A stretch of 44,110 nt of DNA, from positions 46,487 to 90,596 of the forward strand of contig QHTZ01000082.1 in NCBI GenBank assembly GCA_003221005.1. Direction: 5' to 3'. How positions within the stretch are numbered: position 1 is the stretch's first letter; each line of letters begins with the position of its first letter. Positions 7,866 to 15,839 of this stretch are shown here, in pieces. The notes under the pieces are model-generated. The model saw only the letters and a program-made list of their open reading frames with translations. It was not told the origin of the DNA and ran no database searches. The DNA comes from Gemmatimonadota bacterium. Lineage in GTDB: Bacteria > Gemmatimonadota > Gemmatimonadetes > Gemmatimonadales > GWC2-71-9. The translations under genes were made by a program, and so were the position numbers.

Positions 7866-10288
7866 TGGAGCGCTCGCAAGCCACCATCGCCGCCATCTTC
7901 GAAACGATGGACTACGGCCCGGCGCCGGAGAGCGAGGCGCCGGCCCTCGAGTGGATCACGCGGCACGGCGGTGAGTTCGGGCACTTCATCGGTGGGCGCT
8001 CGGTACGCTCCGCGGGCGGCGAGCTGTTCGACACCGTGAACCCCGCTACGGCCCGGCCCCTTGCCCGCGTGTCGCAGGGCAATGCGGCCGACATAGACGC
8101 CGCCGTGGCCGCCGCGCGCGCCGCGTTCTCCGCCTGGGCCGCCCTGCCGGGTCACGCCCGCGCGCGGTACCTGTACGCGCTGGCGCGCGAGGTACAGAAG
8201 CATTCGCGCCTTCTCGCCGTGCTCGAGACGCTCGACAACGGCAAGCCGATCCGCGAGACCCGGGACCTGGACGTCCCCCTGGTAGCGCGTCACTTCTACC
8301 ATCACGCCGGCTGGGCCCAGCTGCGCGACGCCGAGTTCCCCGGGTACGGCCCAGTGGGAGTCGTGGGCCAGATCATCCCCTGGAACTTCCCGCTGCTCAT
8401 GGTGGCGTGGAAGGTCGCGCCCGCGCTCGCGGCCGGGAACACGGTCGTCCTGAAGCCGGCGGAGTTCACGCCGCTCACCGCGCTCTTGTTCGCGGAGATC
8501 GCGGCCGAGGCGGGACTTCCGGCGGGGGTGCTCAACGTGGTGACGGGAGACGGCGAAACCGGGAAGCTGCTCGTCGCCCATCCTGACGTGGACAAGATCG
8601 CCTTCACCGGCTCGACTGAGGTAGGCCGCGCCATCCGGCGCGCCACGGCCGGGACGGGCAAGAAGCTCACGCTGGAACTCGGCGGGAAGAGTCCCTTCCT
8701 CGTGTTCGACGACGCCGACCTGGACAGCGTGGTCGAAGGCGTGGTGGATGCGATCTGGTTCAACCAGGGTCAGGTGTGCTGCGCCGGCTCGCGGCTGCTG
8801 GTGCAGGAGGGATGTGCCGGCCGGCTCGTCCCCAAGTTGCGTGCCCGCATGGAGAAGCTCCGGGTCGGCTCGCCGCTCGACAAGGCGGTGGACATGGGCG
8901 CGATCGTCGCGCCGGTGCAGCTGGAGCGCATCCGCACGCTCGTGGATAAGGGCGTCGCGGAGGGGGCGACGATGTGGCAGCCGTCGTGGGCCTGCCCCAC
9001 GGAGGGCTACTTCTATCCCCCGACGCTCTTCACCGACGTGTCGCCCGCCGCCACCGTCGCGCAGGTCGAGATCTTCGGCCCCGTCCTCGTGACCATGACG
9101 TTCCGCACGCCCGCCGAAGCGGTGGCGCTCGCTAACAACACGCCTTACGGCCTTGCCGCGAGCGTCTGGACCGAGAACATCAACCTCGCGCTCGACGTGG
9201 CGCCGCAGCTCAAGGCGGGAGTCGTCTGGGTCAACTGCACCAACCTTTTCGATGCGGCCTCGGGGTTCGGCGGCTACCGCGAATCGGGGTTTGGGCGGGA
9301 GGGGGGACGGGAGGGGATGTGGGAGTATTTAAAACCCGAATGGGACCGGGGAAGAGGGACGGGGGACGGGTACGTCGCAGCAACAGCGCCGCACGAGCTA
9401 CGCGGGGCAGCCACTCGTCCCCCGTCCCCCGTCCCCCTTCCCCCGATTAATCGGACTTACAAGCTCTTCATCGGCGGCAAACAGGTGCGCCCCGACCAGG
9501 GCTACGCTCGCCCGGTGCGCTCGCCCGACGGTCGACTGCTCGCCGAGGTGGCCGAGGGGAACCGCAAGGACATCCGCAACGCCGTCGAGGCCGCTCACGC
9601 CGCCCGGGATTGGGCCCGCGGCCAGGGCGGCCACCACCGCGCCCAGATCCTCTATTACATCGCCGAGAACCTCTCGCGGCGGGCGGCGGAATTCGCCGGG
9701 ATCCTCGACGCGATGACGGGGTGCGCCGAGAAGGCCGCAGCCGCCGAAGTGGCGGCCACCGTCGCGCGGCTGTTCACCTACGCCGCATGGGCCGACAAGT
9801 ACGACGGCGCCGTGCACCACGTGCCCATCCGCGGGGTGACCCTCGCGATGAATGAGCCGGTGGGAGTGCTCGGCATCGCGGCGCCGGAAGAGGCTCCGCT
9901 GCTCGGCCTCGTGTCGCTCATGGCGCCCGCCATCGCGGTCGGGAACGCGGTCGTCGCGATCCCCTCCGAGGCGCACCCCCTCGCCGCGACCGAGTTCTAT
10001 AGCGTGCTCGAGACCTCCGACCTCCCGGCCGGCGTGGTGAACCTCGTCACCGGCGCGAAGGACGCGCTGTCACGGGTCCTCGCCGAGCACGACGACGTGG
10101 AGGGAGTGTGGTATTTCGGCGGAGCGGCTGGTGCAACAGCGGTGGAGGAGGCGTCGGCCGCGAACATGAAGCGCACCTGGGTAGCGACGCGCCCCCGCGA
10201 CTGGAGCGATCCGCGCCAAGGCGAGGGCCGCGAGTTCCTGCGCCACGCCACCGAGGTGAAGAACATCTGGATCCCATACGGCGAGTGA
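7865..10288 (+). CDS. Two-domain aldehyde dehydrogenase (ALDH16-like)
   Basis: ATG at 7865 (TGATG overlap); domain 1 has PWNFP, FTGST, LELGGK, QVCCAGSR and EIFGPV; a second degenerate ALDH domain ends IWIPYGE; 807 aa. Confidence 0.94.
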   Translation: MERSQATIAAIFETMDYGPAPESEAPALEWITRHGGEFGHFIGGRSVRSAGGELFDTVNPATARPLARVSQGNAADIDAAVAAARAAFSAWAALPGHARARYLYALAREVQKHSRLLAVLETLDNGKPIRETRDLDVPLVARHFYHHAGWAQLRDAEFPGYGPVGVVGQIIPWNFPLLMVAWKVAPALAAGNTVVLKPAEFTPLTALLFAEIAAEAGLPAGVLNVVTGDGETGKLLVAHPDVDKIAFTGSTEVGRAIRRATAGTGKKLTLELGGKSPFLVFDDADLDSVVEGVVDAIWFNQGQVCCAGSRLLVQEGCAGRLVPKLRARMEKLRVGSPLDKAVDMGAIVAPVQLERIRTLVDKGVAEGATMWQPSWACPTEGYFYPPTLFTDVSPAATVAQVEIFGPVLVTMTFRTPAEAVALANNTPYGLAASVWTENINLALDVAPQLKAGVVWVNCTNLFDAASGFGGYRESGFGREGGREGMWEYLKPEWDRGRGTGDGYVAATAPHELRGAATRPPSPVPLPPINRTYKLFIGGKQVRPDQGYARPVRSPDGRLLAEVAEGNRKDIRNAVEAAHAARDWARGQGGHHRAQILYYIAENLSRRAAEFAGILDAMTGCAEKAAAAEVAATVARLFTYAAWADKYDGAVHHVPIRGVTLAMNEPVGVLGIAAPEEAPLLGLVSLMAPAIAVGNAVVAIPSEAHPLAATEFYSVLETSDLPAGVVNLVTGAKDALSRVLAEHDDVEGVWYFGGAAGATAVEEASAANMKRTWVATRPRDWSDPRQGEGREFLRHATEVKNIWIPYGE
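9347..9445. repeat. In-frame inverted repeat built of GGGGGAC/CGTCCCC heptamers in the ALDH linker
   Basis: 9347-9370 cggggaagagggacgggggacggg is the near reverse complement of 9421-9445 cccgtcccccgtcccccttcccccg. Confidence 0.85.
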
Positions 10289-11048
10289 GTTTCGCGATCA
10301 CTTCGCTCCGCTGGCTGCCGCCTACGCGACGTTCCGGCCGTCCTACCCCGATGCCCTGTTCGACTTCCTCGCGAGCTACGCCCCGGGGCGCGCTCTGGCG
10401 TGGGACTGCGGCACGGGGAGCGGCCAAGCAGCGCTCGGTCTCGCGCGCCACTTCACCCACATAGTCGCCACCGACGCGAGCGCGGCTCAGCTCGCCCACG
10501 CCACGCCGCACCCCCGCATCGAGTATCGCGTAGCGCCAGCCGAGCGGAGCGGCCTGCCCGACCGCGCGGTGCACCTCGTAGGCGCGGCGCAGGCATTGCA
10601 CTGGTTCGACATTCCCGCCTTCTTCGCCGAGGCGCGGCGAGTCGCCGTCGTGAAGGGGGTAATCGCGGTGTGGTGCTACGATCTGCCCGAGGTGACGCCG
10701 CCCGTTGACGACCTGGTGCGGCGCTTCTATACCGAGACCGTGGGACCCTTCTGGCCGCCCGAGCGCCGGCTGGTCGAGACGCAGTATCGCACGATCACGT
10801 TTCCGTTCGCCGAATTCTCCGTCCCGGCGTTTCACATCGAGCAGTCGCTGACGCTCGCCGAGTTCACCGGTTATGCGCGGACGTGGTCCGCGACGCGGCG
10901 CTACCTGGTAGCGCGCGGCCACGACCCCGTGGACCGGCTGCTCGAGGAGCTGGCGCTGCACTGGCGTGATGCAGCCGAACGCCGGCCGGTGCGCTGGCGG
11001 CTGGCCGTGCGCGCGGGCCGGACCGGCAGCGGGGCCGTGCAGGCATGA
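10278..11048 (+). CDS. Class I SAM-dependent methyltransferase (no canonical in-frame start: ACG start or 1-nt frameshift)
   Basis: Frame open from 10260: ...ASEFRDHFAPLAAAYATFRPSYP...WDCGTGSGQ...ATDAS...AQALHWF. The ORF track captures only the last 159 aa. Confidence 0.85.
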   Translation, partial: TASEFRDHFAPLAAAYATFRPSYPDALFDFLASYAPGRALAWDCGTGSGQAALGLARHFTHIVATDASAAQLAHATPHPRIEYRVAPAERSGLPDRAVHLVGAAQALHWFDIPAFFAEARRVAVVKGVIAVWCYDLPEVTPPVDDLVRRFYTETVGPFWPPERRLVETQYRTITFPFAEFSVPAFHIEQSLTLAEFTGYARTWSATRRYLVARGHDPVDRLLEELALHWRDAAERRPVRWRLAVRAGRTGSGAVQA

Positions 11049-11053
11049 GACCT

Positions 11054-11062
11054 TGCTATATT
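11054..11062 (+). promoter_or_regulatory. Putative extended -10 promoter (TGcTATATT) upstream of the YccA-like gene
   Basis: TGn-TATATT in a locally AT-rich gap, followed by SD AGAGGGG (11079-11085) and ATG at 11094. Confidence 0.5.
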
Positions 11063-11093
11063 GTGTGCCGGAACCCTCAGAGGGGACGTGAAG

Positions 11094-11840
11094 ATGAAAT
11101 TGAACAATCCTGCGCTGAGCACCAAGGTCCTGGAGCAGTTCGGCCGCCCCGGCCAGGTATCCGCCGGCGAGGCGATGACCGTGGAAGGCACCATCAACAA
11201 GTCGGCTTTCCTGTTGTTGCTCGTCGTGGTGCCGGCTACGTGGGTGTGGGGCCAGGTGATGCGCGGCAGCGTGGACACAGCGATGCCCTGGATGTTAGGC
11301 GGCGTATTCGGCGGCTTCGTCACGGCGCTGGTGACGATCTTCAAGAAGGAGTGGTCGCCAATCACGGCGCCGATCTACGCCGCGCTCGAGGGACTCGCGA
11401 TCGGCGGTCTGTCCGCGATCCTCGAGGCCCAGTACCACGGCATCGTGCTCCAGGCGGTAGGCCTGACGTTCGGCACCCTGCTCTGCATGCTCGTGGCATA
11501 CCGGATCGGCTTGATCAAGGTCACCGACAAGTTCCGGATGATCGTCGTAGGCGCCACCGGCGCGATCGCTTTGATGTACTTGGTGACGCTGGGTCTGGCC
11601 TTCTTCGGGATCACGGTTCCCTTCATCCATGAGAGCGGCACCGCGGGCATCATCGTGAGCCTCGTGATTGTCGCGGTGGCGGCGCTCAACCTGGCGCTGG
11701 ACTTCGACTTCATCGATCAGGCGGTGGGCGTCGGCGCCCCGAAGTACGTGGAGTGGTATGCGGCGTTCGGCCTGATGGTCACGCTGATCTGGCTGTACCT
11801 GGAGATCTTGCGTTTGCTGGGGAAGGTCAGGCGGAGATAA
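11094..11840 (+). CDS. Bax inhibitor-1/YccA family membrane protein
   Basis: NPAL...MTVEGTINK, YAALEG, NLALDFDFI and EWYAAFGLMVTLIWLYLEILRLL motifs. Confidence 0.93.
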   Translation: MKLNNPALSTKVLEQFGRPGQVSAGEAMTVEGTINKSAFLLLLVVVPATWVWGQVMRGSVDTAMPWMLGGVFGGFVTALVTIFKKEWSPITAPIYAALEGLAIGGLSAILEAQYHGIVLQAVGLTFGTLLCMLVAYRIGLIKVTDKFRMIVVGATGAIALMYLVTLGLAFFGITVPFIHESGTAGIIVSLVIVAVAALNLALDFDFIDQAVGVGAPKYVEWYAAFGLMVTLIWLYLEILRLLGKVRRR

Positions 11841-11843
11841 GAC

Positions 11844-12389
11844 TTACTCGCGGCGAGGGCCCACCAGGTGTACCGGCATCACGTCCTCCCCGAATCGTTT
11901 TCCCAGGGCCGTGAGGTAGCTGTCGAGTGTCCCGTAGTGGCCGAACACCACCCGCGACAGGAACCGGAACAGCGGGTTCGCGACCCAGCCCTGCTCCGTG
12001 ACGGTCACGCGGGTGCCACCGCCTGATGGCGTGAGCTCGTAAACCCAGAACCCGCCGAACGGGGCGCCCCGCGGGGCGTCGATCTGCGTTATCAGTCGTT
12101 GTGGTGGCACTTCCACCGCGACCACCAACGTCAGCGCCGCGTTGCTGCCCAGGGTCTGCCGCCACAACTCCCGCCCTCCGGGGTCGGGGACGCGCTCGAC
12201 CTGCTTCACCTCGCTCCACCACTTCCCCACCCCGCCCAAGTCGCGCACGACGGTCCAGACTGTGCCCGGCGGCTGGCGCAGCGTGACCGCGCTCGTCGCC
12301 ACGTGGTCGCGCGGTAGCAGCGATCCGATCAGGAGCGGGGCCGCGATGAGCGCAGCCAGGAGCGCGAGCACGACGAGCGCGGGACGCAT
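11844..12389 (-). CDS. SRPBCC/START-like (polyketide cyclase 2) protein with an N-terminal membrane anchor
   Basis: ATG at 12389; hydrophobic N-terminus, GSLLPRDH, FGGFWVYEL, TRVTVTEQGWVANPLFRF. Confidence 0.85.
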   Translation of the reverse strand: MRPALVVLALLAALIAAPLLIGSLLPRDHVATSAVTLRQPPGTVWTVVRDLGGVGKWWSEVKQVERVPDPGGRELWRQTLGSNAALTLVVAVEVPPQRLITQIDAPRGAPFGGFWVYELTPSGGGTRVTVTEQGWVANPLFRFLSRVVFGHYGTLDSYLTALGKRFGEDVMPVHLVGPRRE

Positions 12390-12395
12390 AGCTTC

Positions 12396-12401
12396 AAAGT
12401 A
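12396..12401 (-). promoter_or_regulatory. Putative -10 box (TACTTT), leaderless
   Basis: TACTTT, 6-nt spacer, then ATG at 12389 on the minus strand; no SD. Confidence 0.5.
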
Positions 12402-12440
12402 GCGTCCACTGGAGGGGACCGCCTGCCGAAGCCAGCCACG

Positions 12441-12914
12441 ATGCCGCACCTGCTCGCGCTGTACGACCAAGCGTTCGATCGCGCCGCGTGGCACGGCACG
12501 CCATTGTGGGGATCGCTGCGGGGCGTGCGAGTCGCGGAGGCGCTGTGGCGACCCGGCCGCGGGCGGCACAACGTCTGGGAGATCGTGCTCCACACCGCGT
12601 ACTGGAAGTACATCGTGCGCCGCCGGCTGCTGCGCGACCCGGAGCTGTCGTTCCCCCGACCCGGGTCGAACTGGTTCCCGCTTCCCCCGCGCCCCGACGA
12701 GCGCGCGTGGCGGCGGGACGTGGCCCTCCTCAAGAAGGAGCATCTCCTGCTGCGCAGCGTGATCGCGCGGTTCCCCGCGTCCCGGTTGGGCGCGCGGGCA
12801 TGGCGCTCTCGCTGGACGAACGCCGCGACGATTTACGGCATCGCCTCACACGATCTCTATCATGCGGGGCAGATCCAGCTGCTCAAGCGGTTGCGCCGCC
12901 GCGGCGCAGCCTAG
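12441..12914 (+). CDS. DinB family protein
   Basis: AWHG, HNVWEIVLHTAYWK and HDLYHAGQIQLL (His triad). Confidence 0.9.
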   Translation: MPHLLALYDQAFDRAAWHGTPLWGSLRGVRVAEALWRPGRGRHNVWEIVLHTAYWKYIVRRRLLRDPELSFPRPGSNWFPLPPRPDERAWRRDVALLKKEHLLLRSVIARFPASRLGARAWRSRWTNAATIYGIASHDLYHAGQIQLLKRLRRRGAA

Positions 12915-14146
12915 CCCTCCTCTGGTGGTCGCACGCGCCGATACGAGACGTACAGTGCCACGTCGTACACCATCTTCAAGCCGGCGCCCGCCCAGAGCGG
13001 CGCCGAGAGCCCGAGCGTCGCGATCGCGGCGCCCGCGAACCCTGGTCCCGTAGCCCAACCGGCGTTGCGCGCGAGGCTGGTCACGCCCAGCGCGAAGGTG
13101 CGCTCCCCGGGCGCTGTGACAGCGGCCACGTACGACTGGCGCGCTGGGACGTCCATCTGCACGAGGCTCTCGCGCGCGAGGAACAGCGCGATCGCGAGCC
13201 AAGGAGCCGCGACAAAGGGGAGTGCGAGCAGCAGGGCGCTCGACGGCAGGTGCGTGAACACCATGGTGCGGATCAGCCCGAAGCGACGGGCCAGCGCCTC
13301 GGCAGCGATGTACGAGACGGCGTTGAGGACGCGGGCGGTGAAGAACACGGGGCCGAGCGCCTCGCCGCCCAGCCCGTAACGCCGGAAGAACCAGTAGGAC
13401 AGAATGGAGCCGGCGAGGAATCCGCCTCCCAGGCTGTCGAGCGCGAACAGGCCCGCAAGCCCCGCGACGCGGCGGCGGCTGTCCGGCCCGAGCCCCGGAC
13501 CTCCGGCTGGCTGCAGCGCGGGCGGCGCAGGCTCCGTCACGCGCGAATACAGGGCGATCGGTGCGAGAGACAACAGTGCCGCGCCGCAGAAGGTCCACCG
13601 GTACGCAGGGACCGCGGCGAGTCCGAAGTGTGTGGCCAGCACCGCAGGAATGGCCGCCGCGAGGCTGCCGAGCGCGCCCGAGACGTCTTGCACGAAGGTG
13701 TAGCGGGTGAAGACCACCGTGCGGGCCGTCGCCTCGACCAGTCCGGCGAGGACGCTTTGGTCCACGGTCTGCGCCGGCCCCCGGTCGCGCCCCATGCCGT
13801 TCACCATCCCGAGGCAGGCGGCGACGCCGAGCACCGCGGGGCGCGCGGCGACTGCGACCACCGCGAGTCCCACCGTCGAGAGGGCGCTCACGAGCAGCAG
13901 CGCGCGGCGTCGTCCCAGACCGTCCCCGTACGTCGCCACGAGCGCCGTTCCCGCCGCGTTTCCGGCGAGGCCGAGCGCGACAACCGCGCCGAGCTGCGCG
14001 GCGCCCAGCCCGAGCGCCGCCAGAAATAGGCCAAAGGCGACGCCCGTGAATCCGATCGTCAGCGAGCGGACGCCCGCGGCCGCATAGATGAGCCGGCCTA
14101 CTCGGCCCGCTGCAGCTTCTCGAAAAATCGCTCGATCGCGGGCCAC
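12911..14146 (-). CDS. MFS transporter
   Basis: GDGLGRRR motif A, GMVNGMGRDRG, FALDSLGGGF, MVFTHLPS and QMDVPARQSY. Start uncertain; the nearest in-frame GTG is at 14146, overlapping the patatin 3' end. Confidence 0.85.
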   Translation of the reverse strand: MARDRAIFREAAAGRVGRLIYAAAGVRSLTIGFTGVAFGLFLAALGLGAAQLGAVVALGLAGNAAGTALVATYGDGLGRRRALLLVSALSTVGLAVVAVAARPAVLGVAACLGMVNGMGRDRGPAQTVDQSVLAGLVEATARTVVFTRYTFVQDVSGALGSLAAAIPAVLATHFGLAAVPAYRWTFCGAALLSLAPIALYSRVTEPAPPALQPAGGPGLGPDSRRRVAGLAGLFALDSLGGGFLAGSILSYWFFRRYGLGGEALGPVFFTARVLNAVSYIAAEALARRFGLIRTMVFTHLPSSALLLALPFVAAPWLAIALFLARESLVQMDVPARQSYVAAVTAPGERTFALGVTSLARNAGWATGPGFAGAAIATLGLSAPLWAGAGLKMVYDVALYVSYRRVRPPEEG

Positions 14147-15219
14147 TGCGCGGCAACGTCGGCGTAGCCCAGCTCCACGAGTCGGGACGTGTACGTCGGG
14201 TGAAACAGGAAGTGCCCGAGGAACTCGGACGCCGCGGCGCGCTGGCCGCCGATGGCGCGGATCACGAAACGTATCAGCGGAGGCAGCAGCACATCCTGGC
14301 CAGACGCGAGATTGCCCAGCTCCCGAGAGGGGCGGATCATGAGCAGCTCGACCGGCCGCAGCCCATCGGGCGCCGGCTGGCCCGGTGGGAAGGCGGCGAG
14401 GGTGCGGTTCACCCGCTCGAGTCGCTCCGCATCGGCCTCGAGCGTGTCCAAGAAGACCGCGCGGAACAGCAGTCCGATCACCTCCGCCACGCTCGGGTAC
14501 GCGCGGTTCGCGGGCTCGCGGGCTCCCGCGCCGATCCGCGGCGGCCCAATCGCCACGATGGCGCGCGCGCCGAGGTGCAGCGCCGGCGCGAGCGGGGCGA
14601 GGTGACTCACGCTGCCGTCGCCGTAGAACTCGTCGCCCACGCGGACCGCGGGGAAGATGATCGGCAGCGCCGCCGACGCCATCACGTGCTCGATCGTGAG
14701 GCGATCGCGTACGGCGACCCGCTGGGCGCGCTCCCAAACCGGCACCTCGTCGGCTGCGTGCACGAACGTCACGGAGCGCGCGGTCGTGTACGACGTCGCG
14801 CTCAGAGCCACAGCCCGCAGCCGCCCCGCGGCGATGTTGAAGTCGATCCCGCGGAGGTCCACGCTCTTCCCGAGGAACTCGCGCAGCGGCTGGGTGTCCA
14901 CGAGCCCACGCAGGGTTGGTTCGCCGTGGCCCCTTCCGATCACCCCGTGCCACACCAACCGCATCGCAGACCCAGCCAGGTGGGCTGGACGGATGCGATA
15001 GATCCGGTCGGCGGTAAGGCGGGTCCACTCCGAGCGGAGGAGCTCGACCGCGTCTGGGAACGGTCCCAGTTGCGCGGCGAGGTAGCTCGTGTTGATAGCG
15101 CCGGCGGACACGCCCGTCAGGATGGGGAACTCAAGCCCAGGCAGACGCTCCGCGAGTCCTGCAAGCACGCCTACCTGGTAGGCGGCGTGGGCCCCGCCAC
15201 CTGAGAGCACGAGCGCCAC
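14098..15219 (-). CDS. Patatin-like phospholipase (second family type)
   Basis: LSGGGAHAAY, GVSAG nucleophile, ASAALPIIFP and DGS motifs. Confidence 0.9.
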   Translation of the reverse strand: MALVLSGGGAHAAYQVGVLAGLAERLPGLEFPILTGVSAGAINTSYLAAQLGPFPDAVELLRSEWTRLTADRIYRIRPAHLAGSAMRLVWHGVIGRGHGEPTLRGLVDTQPLREFLGKSVDLRGIDFNIAAGRLRAVALSATSYTTARSVTFVHAADEVPVWERAQRVAVRDRLTIEHVMASAALPIIFPAVRVGDEFYGDGSVSHLAPLAPALHLGARAIVAIGPPRIGAGAREPANRAYPSVAEVIGLLFRAVFLDTLEADAERLERVNRTLAAFPPGQPAPDGLRPVELLMIRPSRELGNLASGQDVLLPPLIRFVIRAIGGQRAAASEFLGHFLFHPTYTSRLVELGYADVAAQWPAIERFFEKLQRAE

Positions 15220-15317
15220 GTGTGAGGAGTAGCGCCACGTGCCGGGAGGACGGTCACCGGGCGCGGTGAGGGTCCTGCCGTGCGGCGTCGTAATCGATCG
15301 AACGCCTGAGGTCGGGC

Positions 15318-15713
15318 CTACTGCCCCTCCTTCCAGCGCTCGATGTCGCGGCGCTGCTTCTTTGTCGGTCGGCCCTTACCCCGATACGCGGCCGCGGGCA
15401 GGAGCTTGAGCTGGGCAGCGAGCGTCTCGCGGCCCCGTTTCCCTTCGGGATCCTCTTCGTACAGGCGCGCCGCGTCCACCGCGGGCCCGCGTCGCTCGGA
15501 GAGCGCCCGGACGGTCAGCTGGTACTCGTACGGGCCGTGGCGCACGCGGACATGGTCACCGATGTGGAGCAACTTCGCCCGCTTCGCCCGCGCGCCGTTC
15601 ACCTGCACCTTGCCGCTGGCGATCGCGTCGGCGGCGAGCGCCCGCGTCTTGAACATCCGGGCAGCCCACAGCCACTTGTCGATGCGGACGGCGTCCTCAT
15701 GAGGCTCTGCCAC
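15318..15713 (-). CDS. hslR: Ribosome-associated heat shock protein Hsp15 (S4 domain)
   Basis: RIDKWLWAARMFKTR, RRGPA and GRPTKKQRR motifs; GTG at 15713 with a GGAG SD. Confidence 0.93.
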   Translation of the reverse strand: MAEPHEDAVRIDKWLWAARMFKTRALAADAIASGKVQVNGARAKRAKLLHIGDHVRVRHGPYEYQLTVRALSERRGPAVDAARLYEEDPEGKRGRETLAAQLKLLPAAAYRGKGRPTKKQRRDIERWKEGQ

Positions 15714-15839
15714 GACATCTCCGTGGTGAGTTGGGCACACTCCTCGCGCCAACATTGCTAAGCTTCATGCGTATCATGGAGATGCGCCAGACGGCCGCGT
15801 GGTATTCCCTTTGCCCCCGCACCGCCGCAACGTAAGAGC

